A stretch of 64,000 nucleotides of DNA from an uncultured Caulobacteraceae bacterium (GCA_964451265.1 CAYVHP010000077.1:3237-67236); one strand, 5' to 3'. Positions 20,056 through 30,093 are shown, numbered from the stretch's first letter. Made by a program: numbers and translations. The notes: a model not told the origin generated them from the letters alone.

Positions 20056-20222
20056 TGACGATCCGGGCGCGCCTTTTGGCCCTCGCCCGCCTCGAAAGAC
20101 CCCGATACCGGGCGTCTTCGCGCAGAATTTGGGATGGGCTGGACAGTCTTGCAAGGGGCGCCCTGTCGCTGTGTAGGCGCGGCCGCTTTGACCCCAGGCC
20201 GTTCCCGCGCTAAGCGACCGCG

Positions 20223-21116
20223 ATGAGCGTGCGAACGTCTGAGCTTCCCCGCCGCGGCTTTTGCGCCGCCGCCTTGGTCCTGCTCGTGGCGGCGTGCAAA
20301 CGCAAGGCCGCTACAGCGCCGACCGCCGCTGCGGGTCCTGCCCCGGCCAGTCTGAGCTGGGCCGTGGGCGGAGATTGGCGTTCAACGGCTGATCGGGCGC
20401 GCGACGCGTGGCGCCATCCGGCTGAAACCCTGGCGTTCTGGGGATTGAAACCCGGCCAGACGGTGGTGGAGTTCTGGCCCGGCGCGGGTTGGTACACCGA
20501 CATTGTGGCTCCGTTTCTGGCGGCGACGGGCGGCAAGTTCTATGCCGCGCAGTTCCAGATTGACGTCGCGGCCAGACCGGCCGAGGCGCAGCTGGCGGAT
20601 GTTTACGCCAAGAAACTCGCCGCCATGCCCCTTGTGTACGGGCAGCCGACTGTGACCGCCTTTGGTCTGACCAGCGGACCGGTCGCTCCGGCCGGCAGCG
20701 CCGACCTCGTGGTTTTCGCCCGGGTGGTGTCCTGTTGGATGGCTGCGGGGATTGCCGAAAAGGCGTTTCATGACGCCTTTGCCGCACTCAAGCCCGGGGG
20801 CGTGTTGGGCGTTGAGGAGAACCGGGCGGCGCCCGGCGGGGTGCAGGACGTCCTGGCCGCTCAAGGGTATGTGCAAGAGGCCTACGTTAAGCGAATGGCC
20901 CAAGAGGCCGGTTTTGTGTTGGACGGCGCCAGTGAACTGAACGCCAATCCCAAGGACACGAAATCCTATCCGTTCGGCGTGTGGACCTTGCCGCCCTGGC
21001 GCATGTCCGCGCCCAAGGGCAAGCCGGACGATCCGAAATTCGACCATGCTAAGTATGACGCCATCGGCGAAAGCGATCGCATGACCCTACGCTTTCGCAA
21101 GCCGGCCGGCGCGTGA
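20223..21116 (+). CDS. class I SAM-dependent methyltransferase-like protein with lipoprotein-type signal
   Basis: 297 aa. N-terminal LVLLVAAC, then the VVEFWPGAGWYT and LKPGGVLGV motifs seen in a predicted methyltransferase family. Confidence 0.65.
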   Translation: MSVRTSELPRRGFCAAALVLLVAACKRKAATAPTAAAGPAPASLSWAVGGDWRSTADRARDAWRHPAETLAFWGLKPGQTVVEFWPGAGWYTDIVAPFLAATGGKFYAAQFQIDVAARPAEAQLADVYAKKLAAMPLVYGQPTVTAFGLTSGPVAPAGSADLVVFARVVSCWMAAGIAEKAFHDAFAALKPGGVLGVEENRAAPGGVQDVLAAQGYVQEAYVKRMAQEAGFVLDGASELNANPKDTKSYPFGVWTLPPWRMSAPKGKPDDPKFDHAKYDAIGESDRMTLRFRKPAGA

Positions 21117-21415
21117 CCAGCCTGCAAGACATTACCGGGCGCCTGCGCCGGGCGCTGCAGGGGCAGTCCGGCCTGGACAAGACGTTGAAACTCGATCTGC
21201 GCGGCGATGGGGTGGTGTTCATCGAGGGGGCGGAGGTCTGTAACGAGGACCGGCCGGCCGACTGCACCGTGTCGGTGTCCACGGATGACTTGGTGGCTTT
21301 GGCCCAGGGGCGATTGGACCCTATGAGCGCCCTGATGCGGGGGCGTATGCGGGTGACCGGCGACATGAGCGTGGCCCTGCGCCTGCAACCTATTCTGTCC
21401 AGCGCCAAGGACTGA
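21113..21415 (+). CDS. SCP2 sterol-binding domain protein
   Basis: The GTG at 21113 overlaps the previous stop (GTGA). SCP2 C-terminal pattern LMRGRMRVTGDMSVALRL. Confidence 0.75.
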   Translation: MTSLQDITGRLRRALQGQSGLDKTLKLDLRGDGVVFIEGAEVCNEDRPADCTVSVSTDDLVALAQGRLDPMSALMRGRMRVTGDMSVALRLQPILSSAKD

Positions 21416-21418
21416 CCG

Positions 21419-22369
21419 GTGCAAGCGGCGCCCCTCATTGGGATCGCCCAGGCGCCGATCCCTGACGGCGCCCGCGCCTTTTGGCTGGAGGCAGACGACG
21501 GCGCGCGGCTGCGCGCGGCGCTGTTTGAGGCCCAGGCTCCCGCGCGCGGCTCGGTGGTGCTCAGTCCGGGACGCGCGGAGCCGATCGAGAAATACTTTGA
21601 GGTTATCGAAGACCTTCGCGCGCGGGGCTTTCACGTGCTGGCCCACGATTGGCGCGGCCAGGGCCTGTCCGCCCGCGCCTTGCCTGATCGCCTTAAGGGC
21701 CACGCCGAAGGCTTCGAGCCATTCCTGGCGGACTATGCGGTGATGCTGGATCGCGTGGGCGACCGGCTGCCCAAGCCGTGGATCGGCTTGGCCCATTCCA
21801 TGGGCGGCGCCCTGGTTTTGCTGGCCTTGGCGCGCGGGGAGGGGCGGCTGGCCGGGCTGCTGGCGAGCGCGCCGATGATCGGACTGCACGCGGTTCGCGT
21901 TGCACCGCGTCTGGCGGGGGTGATCGCTCGCGCCGTGGTCGGGTGCGGCCTGGGAAGCCTGTATGTCCAGGCGTCCGAGCCTTTTGATCAGCCATTTGCA
22001 GGCAATATTCTGACCCATGACCGGGCTCGCTATGAGCGGTTCCTGGCCCAACTTAAGGCTTGTCCCGATCTGGCTTTGGGCGGTCCCACCTGGGGTTGGC
22101 TGGACTTTGCCTTGGCCGCCGGCGCCGCGCTGGATCGCCCGGATACCCCCGCCGGCTTGCGCTTGCCGCTCAGCATTGTGGCGGCGGGTGATGATCGGTT
22201 GGTGCTGAGTGCTTGCGCCAAACGGTTCGCCGCGCGGGCGCCGGAGGGCCGATTTGTGCAGGTCCCCAATGCCTACCACGAGATCATGATGGAAACCGAT
22301 CCGGTGCGAGCGACGTTCTGGCGTGAATTCGACGCCCTGGCCTCAAGGATCAGCGCGCGGAGCGTTTGA
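21419..22369 (+). CDS. alpha/beta hydrolase (lysophospholipase-like)
   Basis: GTG at 21419. HDWRGQGLS and the nucleophile elbow AHSMGG. Confidence 0.8.
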   Translation: MQAAPLIGIAQAPIPDGARAFWLEADDGARLRAALFEAQAPARGSVVLSPGRAEPIEKYFEVIEDLRARGFHVLAHDWRGQGLSARALPDRLKGHAEGFEPFLADYAVMLDRVGDRLPKPWIGLAHSMGGALVLLALARGEGRLAGLLASAPMIGLHAVRVAPRLAGVIARAVVGCGLGSLYVQASEPFDQPFAGNILTHDRARYERFLAQLKACPDLALGGPTWGWLDFALAAGAALDRPDTPAGLRLPLSIVAAGDDRLVLSACAKRFAARAPEGRFVQVPNAYHEIMMETDPVRATFWREFDALASRISARSV

Positions 22370-23192
22370 GTGCGACCAGAGCCTCGTCCAGGCAGGCTTG
22401 ATCGCCCGCCGCGACCACCTGTCCGCCGTGGCGTCCTAGCCTTTGGCCGCGCCAGTCAGTCACAAGCCCGCCGGCGTTTTCGATCACCGGCACAATGGGG
22501 TCGATGTCCCAAAGCTTCAGCCCGGACTCGATGACAAGGTCGATCCTGCCGGCAGCCAGCAGGGCGAAGATATAGGAATCGCCGCCCAGCCGAACGATCC
22601 TGGCGGCCGCCCGCACTTGATTCCAGGCGCCCAGTTCCGCGCCGTCGAAGTAGCCATACGGGTCGGTGGAGGCGAGGGTCATCTGGGTCAGACGCGGGCA
22701 GGGGCGCACCTTCAACGCCCGTTCGCCCTGGCGGTCGATCAGGCGCGAGCCGGTGGGCGACCCCACATAGACCTCATCCAAATAGGGCTGGCCGATCAAG
22801 CCCAAAAGGGGTTCGCCCCGGAATCGCAGGCCGATCAGATGGGCCCACAGCGGCAGGCCTGCGACAAAAGCGCGAGTGCCGTCGACGGGGTCGAGAATCC
22901 AGACGAATTCCGCCTCCGGCCGATCCTCTCCGTATTCCTCGCCGATCACGCCATGGTCGGGAAATCGGGCTTTGATCAATCGGCGGATCTCGGCCTCCGC
23001 ACCCTTGTCGGCGGCAGTCACCGGGTCGAAGGCTTTTCCGGTCTCGGCCTTGTTTTCAACGCCCAGTTCGGCGCGAAACAAAGGCAGGGTGATGCGCGCG
23101 GCCGCTGCGTTCAACTCGAGGGCAAAGCTCTCGAGCTCGGCAAGGCGGGCGGCTGAGTGCGGGTCGTCGGGCCAGGCGGTCTTCGCGGACAT
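22350..23192 (-). CDS. inositol monophosphatase family protein, possibly HisN-type histidinol-phosphatase
   Basis: 280 aa. VTAADKGAE, GEE, and the WILDPVDGT metal-binding motif. Confidence 0.8.
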   Translation of the reverse strand: MSAKTAWPDDPHSAARLAELESFALELNAAAARITLPLFRAELGVENKAETGKAFDPVTAADKGAEAEIRRLIKARFPDHGVIGEEYGEDRPEAEFVWILDPVDGTRAFVAGLPLWAHLIGLRFRGEPLLGLIGQPYLDEVYVGSPTGSRLIDRQGERALKVRPCPRLTQMTLASTDPYGYFDGAELGAWNQVRAAARIVRLGGDSYIFALLAAGRIDLVIESGLKLWDIDPIVPVIENAGGLVTDWRGQRLGRHGGQVVAAGDQACLDEALVALKRSAR

Positions 23193-23245
23193 GGCGAAGG
23201 CTTAGAGGGTTTTGCCCCTCGGCGCCAACCGCCTGGCTGACGTGA

Positions 23246-23629
23246 TCATGCTGCGTCTGTCTCGCCGTTCAGCGAACGGGCGAGGTCGAGCAGGCGACGA
23301 CGGGGACGCTCGCCCAGTTGATAGTAGGCGCGCACGAGGTCGAGGGTCTCCTTGCGGGCGAACATTTCACCGCCGCCTTCGGACGGATCGTCCGCAGCCC
23401 GCTCTTGAGCTTCGGCCAGACCGTCGAAGAAGTAGGACACCGGCACCTCCAGCGCCTCGGCCAGCTGCCAGAGGCGGGCGGCGGAGATGCGGTTTGCGCC
23501 GCACTCATACTTTTGGATTTGCTGGAAGCGCACGCCCACGGCGACGGCCAGTTGTTGTTGGGTGAGGCCAAGCAGGCGACGGCGGCGACGCAGGCGCTTG
23601 CCAAGGTGAAGGTCGATATCGTTCGCCAT
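23246..23629 (-). CDS. XRE-family HTH transcriptional regulator (PraR-like)
   Basis: ATG at 23629. HLGKRLRRRRRLLGLTQQQLAVAVGVRFQQIQKYECGANRISAARLWQLAEALEVPVSYFF is a conserved alphaproteobacterial regulator pattern. Confidence 0.8.
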   Translation of the reverse strand: MANDIDLHLGKRLRRRRRLLGLTQQQLAVAVGVRFQQIQKYECGANRISAARLWQLAEALEVPVSYFFDGLAEAQERAADDPSEGGGEMFARKETLDLVRAYYQLGERPRRRLLDLARSLNGETDAA

Positions 23630-23776
23630 GTGGCGTCTCCTCGGTCCAGGTGTCCCAGAGCGGGACAGGTGACCCAACTCGCCGCAAAGGCGGCGCCAAG
23701 CTCGCCTGTCTGGGGTTCATCCTGCAGGCGAGGCCTCGCCATTGCGTAGGCGAGTAAGCGGCGCCAATTAGGGGAC

Positions 23777-24694
23777 ATGAGCAACCGACGTCCCCCTTGG
23801 GCCCAGGATTTAATCTGGCGGCTGGAGGCCCTGGGCTTTGACTTGATCGGCGCCGCGTTCGCCCTCATGCCCATTGACTTGGCCTCCGCGGTCGGCGGCG
23901 CGGCCTTGCGGTTGATCGGACCCCTGACCGGCGCGCACAGGACCGCGCGGCGCAATCTGATGATCGCATTTCCGGATTGGGACGAGGGGCAAAGGCGAAA
24001 GGTGCTCGACCAGCAATGGGACAATGTTGGTCGGCTGGCGGCCGAATTTCAGATGATGGGTCGCCTGACGGAAGAGAGCGGGCGCGTGGAAGTGATCGGC
24101 GCAGATCGTCTGGAGGCCATCCGCAAGGGCGATGAGGCCGTCGTATTCGTGTCGGGCCATCTGTCCAACTGGGAAGTCATGCCCATGACGATCGTCCGGT
24201 CTGGCGTGCGTTGCCAGATGACCTACCGCGCGGCCAACAACCCCTATATCGACCGCCGCATCATTCGAAGCCGCGCGCGTTATGGCGTCGAGCTGTTCGC
24301 GCCCAAGGGCGAGTCGGGCTCACGCGAGATTCTGGAGGCCTTAAGGCGTGGGGAATCGGTGGCCTTGATGAACGATCAGAAATTCAATGGCGGCGTGGCC
24401 GCGCCCGTGTTTGGCGTGATGGCCCACACAGCCCCAGGGCCGACGCGCCTGGCTTTGCGGTCTTCCGGGGTGTTGCAGCCCATGTCGGTGCAGAGGACCA
24501 GAGGGGCGCGTTTCCGGGTAGTGGTGCACGACCCGATTATTCTGGAACGATCAGGGGATCGTGCGGCGGATATCGAGGAAGGCGTGCGGCGCATCAACGC
24601 CTTTATTGAAGACCGGGTGCGTGAGCGGCCCGGCGAATGGTTCTGGGTGCACAAGCGATGGCCGGCGCAAGCCTATGGGCCTCACACGGTGTAG
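23777..24694 (+). CDS. lipid A biosynthesis lauroyl/acyl transferase family protein (LpxL/HtrB-like)
   Basis: 305 aa. Catalytic-region pattern HLSNWE. Ends WFWVHKRW, typical of this family. Confidence 0.8.
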   Translation: MSNRRPPWAQDLIWRLEALGFDLIGAAFALMPIDLASAVGGAALRLIGPLTGAHRTARRNLMIAFPDWDEGQRRKVLDQQWDNVGRLAAEFQMMGRLTEESGRVEVIGADRLEAIRKGDEAVVFVSGHLSNWEVMPMTIVRSGVRCQMTYRAANNPYIDRRIIRSRARYGVELFAPKGESGSREILEALRRGESVALMNDQKFNGGVAAPVFGVMAHTAPGPTRLALRSSGVLQPMSVQRTRGARFRVVVHDPIILERSGDRAADIEEGVRRINAFIEDRVRERPGEWFWVHKRWPAQAYGPHTV

Positions 24695-25203
24695 GATTTT
24701 TGGCCCTTGAATTCGGGGTCGGTGTGGCGAAGGAACGGACCGTGGAATTTCGGGTCCTGCCGCCGGCGACGGCAGGGACCATAATAGTCGCTCGACCGAA
24801 TAAACGGGCGAGGCTTGAAGATCACCGCATTGACCCGATCAAACACCGCGCGCGCGGTGACCGGTTTGACGATGAATTCGGTGACCCCGGCGTCGCGCGC
24901 TTCGCACACGCGGGTCTTGTCCGCATAGCCCGTCAGCATGATGATCGGTAATTCGGGATTGGTGCTTTCAGCGGAATTGCGCACCAGCTGGGTGAATTCC
25001 ACCCCGTCGATCGGACTCATGTGAAAGTCAACAATGGCTATGTCGGGCGTCCAATTACGCAGACACTTAATGGCCTCCGCGCCGTTGCTGCATTCGCGCA
25101 CTTCGGTGATGCCCACGCCGCCTAAAATCGACACGACAATAGCGCGCAGATGCACGTTGTCGTCCGCAACCAGGACCTTCAACCCTGAGAGCGGGCCGCT
25201 CAT
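24682..25203 (-). CDS. single-domain response regulator with Arg-rich C-terminal extension
   Basis: CheY-like receiver (VADDN, IAIVDFHM, FIVKP) followed by a roughly 45-aa tail containing GPCRRRRQDP. Confidence 0.85.
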   Translation of the reverse strand: MSGPLSGLKVLVADDNVHLRAIVVSILGGVGITEVRECSNGAEAIKCLRNWTPDIAIVDFHMSPIDGVEFTQLVRNSAESTNPELPIIMLTGYADKTRVCEARDAGVTEFIVKPVTARAVFDRVNAVIFKPRPFIRSSDYYGPCRRRRQDPKFHGPFLRHTDPEFKGQKSYTV

Positions 25204-25382
25204 GTTTAGCCTCCCTCAGATAGGCTGGCCAAGGACATCCAAACCCAAAGCTTGCACTTAAAACCCTGAAAAAGGGTTATCGCACAAGGATCGGTTGATT
25301 TTAGAAAAACGCTGTTATTCGCATTGCGCTCGCGACACAAGTCGGTCGAGCTTGTACCGTCCAAAAATCCCAGGTTGCAAGT

Positions 25383-25613
25383 TCAAGCCTTCGGATTCAG
25401 CGCTTGCCATCGCTCTAGAGCTTCCTTCGGCCCCGCGTAAGCTTCCTGCAGCTCTGGATTCCAATACCGCAGGGCCTCAAGCGGGATCGCCGCCCCGGAG
25501 ACAGCGCACAGAACATAGCGTCCGGCCTTGAGGACGGCGTACTCGCCGTCGCCGTAGTGGAGTTTGGCCTCGTCGGATCGTGGGCCGGGTATGGACCGGT
25601 CATGAGCGTTCAT
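25383..25613 (-). CDS. DUF2093 domain protein
   Basis: ATG at 25613. The pattern AKLHYGDGEYAVLKAGRYVLCAVSG..IPLEALRYWN is recalled for DUF2093. Confidence 0.7.
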   Translation of the reverse strand: MNAHDRSIPGPRSDEAKLHYGDGEYAVLKAGRYVLCAVSGAAIPLEALRYWNPELQEAYAGPKEALERWQALNPKA

Positions 25614-25639
25614 GAGACGTATAATAGCGCCCAATTGCT

Positions 25640-27166
25640 CTAAAACAAATTGCCTTGCCCGCCGGTGGGCGGCTTTGCCGGCGGACGCGCACGCGGTGAC
25701 GCTGTTGCGGGCGCCGCGCCTTCAATAACGGCGCTTCGAGAGGCGTCTGCAAATTGAAGATTTACCGTTTCACCGGCCTGAAGCGACGTCCCCTGACGGA
25801 TGATCGTACCGTCTGGGCGGTGAACCAAGGCGAAGCCCAGGGTCAAGGGCCGATTGGGATCAAGCGACAGACGCAGCTTGTCCAGTTGAGTCAGCCGTTC
25901 GCCCGCGCTCGCCAGGCTGCGGCCCAAGGCGCTCGACAGCCGCCGTCCCAAAAGGGGAAGACGAGCGTTCTGTGCGGCCCGTTCGGGGCCGCGCCGGGCC
26001 GCCAGCGAAAATCGCCGGGACAACTCCGCCAACCTTTCCGCCTTAAGGCGGCTGGGCCGCTCCAACAGGCCCCGATTGAAGCGCGCGGATGTGCGGGTCA
26101 GGGCTTGGGCGTGGACCTCGGTATTGCGGGCCAGGGCGGCCGACAGGCGGCCGGCGACGATATCAAAACGTTGGGAAGCCAAGGCCAAAATGTCCGCCGG
26201 GCGCGGCAGGCCGCGCGCGGTCGCGTTCAAGCGGCTACGGCGATCTTCCAGCATGCGTCCGCCGCCTTGGGCGAGGCGGCGCGCGTAGTCGGCCAAGGCG
26301 GCTTTCAGTTCTGCCAGGACGGGCGTGGCCATTTCCGCCGCCGCCGTGGGCGTGGGCGCGCGTCGGTCGGACGCGAAGTCGATCAAGGTGGTGTCGGTTT
26401 CGTGCCCCACGGCGGAAATCAAGGGGATGACGCTCGCCGCCGCCGCGCGCGCCAAAACTTCATCGTTGAAGGGCCAAAGGTCCTCCACCGAGCCGCCGCC
26501 CCGCGCGACGATGATGACGTCCGGCCGGGTGATCGGTCCATCCGGCGTCAGGGCGTTGAACCCTTCAATGGCGCGCGTAACTTGCGCGGCGGCCCCCTCG
26601 CCCTGCACCACCACCGGCCATACCAATACCTGACAAGGCCAGCGGTCCCGGATGCGATGCAGGATGTCGCGGATCACTGCGCCGGTGGGGCTGGTGATAA
26701 CGCCGATGACCGCAGGCATGGCGGGCAGGGGACGCTTGCGCGCCGGATCAAACAGGCCCTCGGCGGTCAAACGCGCCTTCAGGCGTTCGAGCTGGGCCAG
26801 CAAGGCCCCGATGCCCGCCGGCTCCATGCTGTCCACGACGATCTGGTATTTGGACGAGGCTGGATAGGTGGTGATGCGTCCGGTGACGATCACCTCTAGC
26901 CCCTGCTCGGGGCGGCATTGCAGGGCGCGGACCTGACCTTTCCACACCACGCCGTCGATGGCCGCCTTGTCATCCTTCAGGGTCAGGTAGACATGACCGG
27001 AGGCGTGGTGGGTGACTTTGCTGAGCTCCCCGCGCAGGCGCACGAAGCCATAGGTTGCCTCCAAGGTGCGCTTGAGGGCGAAGGCGAGCTCGGAAACGGA
27101 ATAGGGCTCGGCGTTGCCCCCGGGCGCAGAGGGCGGTGGATCGGCAGCTATATCGACATCGCTCAT
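25640..27166 (-). CDS. xseA: exodeoxyribonuclease VII large subunit
   Basis: ATG at 27166. N-terminal OB fold (VRLRGELS...[12 protein letters not shown]), then the catalytic region [11 protein letters not shown] and [10 protein letters not shown]. Confidence 0.9.
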   Translation of the reverse strand: MSDVDIAADPPPSAPGGNAEPYSVSELAFALKRTLEATYGFVRLRGELSKVTHHASGHVYLTLKDDKAAIDGVVWKGQVRALQCRPEQGLEVIVTGRITTYPASSKYQIVVDSMEPAGIGALLAQLERLKARLTAEGLFDPARKRPLPAMPAVIGVITSPTGAVIRDILHRIRDRWPCQVLVWPVVVQGEGAAAQVTRAIEGFNALTPDGPITRPDVIIVARGGGSVEDLWPFNDEVLARAAAASVIPLISAVGHETDTTLIDFASDRRAPTPTAAAEMATPVLAELKAALADYARRLAQGGGRMLEDRRSRLNATARGLPRPADILALASQRFDIVAGRLSAALARNTEVHAQALTRTSARFNRGLLERPSRLKAERLAELSRRFSLAARRGPERAAQNARLPLLGRRLSSALGRSLASAGERLTQLDKLRLSLDPNRPLTLGFALVHRPDGTIIRQGTSLQAGETVNLQFADASRSAVIEGAAPATASPRARPPAKPPTGGQGNLF

Positions 27167-27243
27167 CAAGCGAACATAGGCGTTCGCGGCGAGTCGCGGC
27201 AGGGGCGCTTGACGTTGACCGTCGCGCGCGTCACAGCCGGGTC

Positions 27244-28515
27244 ATGAACATCCTTCTCGTCGGTTCGGGCGGGCGCGAGCACGCCCTGGCCTGGAAGATC
27301 GCTCAAAGCCCGCGTCTGACTAAGCTGGTGGCCGCGCCGGGCAATCCCGGCATTGCGGCCTTGTGCGAAACGCGGCCGATCAAGGTCACAGACGTGCAGG
27401 GTCTGGTCGATTTGGCGCAGGAGATGGCCGCCGACTTGGTGGTGGTGGGGCCGGAAAGCGCTCTTGAGCTGGGTCTGGCTGACCGGCTGGCCGACCTGGC
27501 CATCCCCTGTTTCGGACCGAGTGAACGGGCCGCCAAGCTGGAGACCTCCAAGGCCTTCTCCAAGAGCTTCGCCGAGCGTTACGGCCTGCCCACGGCGGCG
27601 TTCGAGGCCTTCCATGACGCCACCAAGGCCAGGGCCGCGCTGGACCGCTTTTCGCCCCCTTACGTGATCAAGGCCGACGGCCTGGCGGCGGGCAAGGGCG
27701 TGGTCATCGCTCAGACCCGGGCCGAGGCCGAGGAGGCCATCGACGACATGCTGCGCGGGCGCCGCTTCGGCGCGGCCGGGGGACGGGTGGTCATCGAGGA
27801 CTTCATGGTCGGCGAGGAAGCCTCGCTGTTCGCCATTAGCGATGGACGCACGGCCATGCTGTTTGGCGCGGCCCAGGACCATAAGCGCGCCTATGACGGG
27901 GATCTGGGTCCCAACACCGGCGGGATGGGGACCTATTCGCCCCCGCCCGTGTTGACGGCTGAGCTAACCCAGACCTCGCGCGCGACCTTGATCGATCCGG
28001 CCGTTGCCGGGATGACGGCGGAGGGCCGGCCCTATCGCGGCGTGCTTTATGCGGGCCTGATGCTGACGGACGATGGACCCAAGCTGGTGGAGTTCAACGC
28101 GCGCTTTGGCGACCCGGAGTGCCAGGTGTTGATGCTTCGCCTCAAGAGCGATCTGGTGCCCTATCTGGCGGCGGCGGCGACCGGGGGATTGTCGGAGCTG
28201 CCCGAACCGGAATGGTCCGACGATGTCGCCATCTGCGTAGTCTTGGCGGCCAAGGGCTATCCGGACGCCCCTGAAGCCGGCACGACGATCAAGGGGGCGG
28301 AGGCCGATTTCGGCGAGGGCGTGCAGGTGTTTCATGCCGGCACGGCGCGCGGCGAGGACGGAAGCCTGCTGGCATCAGGCGGGCGGGTGCTGAACGTCTG
28401 CGCCAGGGGCGCGACCTTGCAGGAAGCGCGCGAGCGAGCCTATGCGGCGGTGGACGCCATCGACTGGCCCGGCGGCTTCTGCCGGCGCGACATCGGTTGG
28501 CGCGCCCTGAGCTGA
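27244..28515 (+). CDS. purD: phosphoribosylamine--glycine ligase
   Basis: ATG at 27244 (MNILLVGSGGREHALAWK). PurD motifs throughout. Confidence 0.95.
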   Translation: MNILLVGSGGREHALAWKIAQSPRLTKLVAAPGNPGIAALCETRPIKVTDVQGLVDLAQEMAADLVVVGPESALELGLADRLADLAIPCFGPSERAAKLETSKAFSKSFAERYGLPTAAFEAFHDATKARAALDRFSPPYVIKADGLAAGKGVVIAQTRAEAEEAIDDMLRGRRFGAAGGRVVIEDFMVGEEASLFAISDGRTAMLFGAAQDHKRAYDGDLGPNTGGMGTYSPPPVLTAELTQTSRATLIDPAVAGMTAEGRPYRGVLYAGLMLTDDGPKLVEFNARFGDPECQVLMLRLKSDLVPYLAAAATGGLSELPEPEWSDDVAICVVLAAKGYPDAPEAGTTIKGAEADFGEGVQVFHAGTARGEDGSLLASGGRVLNVCARGATLQEARERAYAAVDAIDWPGGFCRRDIGWRALS

Positions 28516-28581
28516 CTTCTCTCGACGCGTGGGTCCGTCTCCGCGCATAGTGGGGCAAAGGTTCAAGCCGGGAGGATTTTA

Positions 28582-29076
28582 ATGATCAAGTTCGCGCCTG
28601 CGGCGCTCGCTGCGTTCGTGCTCATGTCCGGCTCGGCTCGGGCGCAAGAGGTGCGCGATCTGGCCCCAGGGAGCCAGCCCGCCCCCGCCACGCTCGCGGA
28701 TCTCAAAGGCCTGCTAGGCAATTGGGTCGGCGACACCGCTGCGGCCGGCTTCACGGCAACCCCGGACCATCAGGTCGTCGGCCATTTGGTGCTGAGCAGC
28801 GGCGGCGCACCGCGTCTGGACGAGATGTGGGTTTTCCGCGCAGACGGCGCCTCGGTCCTGCTGAGCCAGAAGCACTTCGGCGCCGATCTGTCCGAGAAGG
28901 AAGACAAGGGCGTATGGTCTCATCGCAAGCTGGTGGCGATCGATCCGGGGCACATCTACTTGGAGGGCCTCACCTGGGTGACCGATGGCGATAACCTGTC
29001 CATGATCTTGGGAACCCCGCCCAGAGACGGCGCGCCCGCCCACAGCGTCACGGTCAAGCTGCACCGAGTGCAATAA
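28582..29076 (+). CDS. secreted protein of unknown function (DUF6265-like)
   Basis: GGGAGGA lies upstream of the ATG at 28582. Signal peptide ends SARA-QE. Confidence 0.6.
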   Translation: MIKFAPAALAAFVLMSGSARAQEVRDLAPGSQPAPATLADLKGLLGNWVGDTAAAGFTATPDHQVVGHLVLSSGGAPRLDEMWVFRADGASVLLSQKHFGADLSEKEDKGVWSHRKLVAIDPGHIYLEGLTWVTDGDNLSMILGTPPRDGAPAHSVTVKLHRVQ

Positions 29077-29082
29077 GGCGGC

Positions 29083-30093
29083 TCAGGACGAGACGGCCAG
29101 GTCCAGCAAGCGCTCCAGCGCCGCCTCATCCTCAAACACCGCCCGAACCGGCCAGGCCTTAACCTTGGCGCGCCATGGGGGCGGCAGGCGCACCCAGTCC
29201 TTCTCTGTGGTCAATAGTCCGGCGCCATAAGCCCGAGCGCGCTCCTCGAGCGCCGCAAGCGTGTCTTGGCTCAGGAAGGCGTGATCGGGAAAGCCGGCGA
29301 AATCCACCAGTTCGCAGCCTGCCGCCTTGAGGCTGCGGGCGACCTTCCAAGGCTTGCCGACCCCGGCGAAGGCCAGCTGGGGGCCGGGCGGCGGGGGCGC
29401 GCAGGGGGCCAGGCGGGCGATCAGCACCGGCTTGCCGGCGAACAGGGCCAGGAGTTCAGGATCGGCCTCAGCGACATCGGTCGCCAGCATGAGGACGACG
29501 GCGTCGGCGCGCGTCAATCCTCGGGCGAGGGGCTCGCGCATCGGGCCGGATGGGAACACCGCGCCATCGCCGAAGGGCCATTCGCCGCTTCGAGTTTCGC
29601 CGTCGACCACCACTAAGGATAGGGTCTTTTTCAAGCTGGGGTTCTGATGGCCGTCGTCCATCACGATGGCCTGAGCGCCGGCCTGGACGGCCGCCTTGGC
29701 GCCTGCGGGCCGGTTGCGGCTAATCCAGATCGACTGGGCGCCGGCCAGCATGAGCGGTTCATCGCCGACCTCGGTCGCCGTGTGGCGCGCCGGGTCGACA
29801 CGCAGCGGACCCTTCAGACGTCCGCCGTAGCCACGCGTCAGTCCGTGGGCGGCTACGCCGCGTTCGGTCAGTCGGGTGATCAATTCACGCACGATGGGGG
29901 TCTTGCCGGTTCCGCCGAGGGTCAGATTGCCCACGCAGATCACCGGCGCCCCTGGATCGAACGGCTTGGCCTGGGCGATTTTGCGGGCCGTGACGTAGGC
30001 CCAGAGCCAGGAAACTGGGCGCAGAAGGGCGCGCATCACCGGCGCCGGCGCACCGTTTCGCACATACCACCAGCGCGGCGTGTTCAGTTTCAT
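29083..30093 (-). CDS. lpxK: tetraacyldisaccharide 4'-kinase
   Basis: 336 aa. P-loop GNLTLGGTGKTP. The start overlaps the waaA stop (ATGA). Confidence 0.9.
   Translation of the reverse strand: MKLNTPRWWYVRNGAPAPVMRALLRPVSWLWAYVTARKIAQAKPFDPGAPVICVGNLTLGGTGKTPIVRELITRLTERGVAAHGLTRGYGGRLKGPLRVDPARHTATEVGDEPLMLAGAQSIWISRNRPAGAKAAVQAGAQAIVMDDGHQNPSLKKTLSLVVVDGETRSGEWPFGDGAVFPSGPMREPLARGLTRADAVVLMLATDVAEADPELLALFAGKPVLIARLAPCAPPPPGPQLAFAGVGKPWKVARSLKAAGCELVDFAGFPDHAFLSQDTLAALEERARAYGAGLLTTEKDWVRLPPPWRAKVKAWPVRAVFEDEAALERLLDLAVSS

Noticed and set aside
20128-20157. Sigma-32-type heat-shock promoter upstream of hsp20 (CTTGCAA ... CCCATCC)
   Set aside because: The spacing between the -35-like and -10-like elements is about 10-11 nt, shorter than the consensus I recall. 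It is therefore mentioned only as a possibility inside the ROSE finding and is not listed as a feature.
20966-22279. 437-aa minus-strand ORF spanning three plus-strand genes
   Set aside because: It is antisense to the methyltransferase-like, SCP2 and hydrolase genes, all of which have recognisable motifs. Its product is Arg/Gly/Gln/Pro-rich low-complexity sequence typical of shadow ORFs in high-GC DNA.
23269-24024. 251-aa minus-strand ORF overlapping the XRE regulator and the LpxL-like gene
   Set aside because: It is in a different frame or strand from two genes with clear motifs. The composition is Ser/Arg/Pro/Ala-rich shadow ORF.
25754-26899. 381-aa plus-strand ORF
   Set aside because: It is antisense to xseA, which has clear family motifs. 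The composition is Arg/Gly/Ala-rich shadow ORF.
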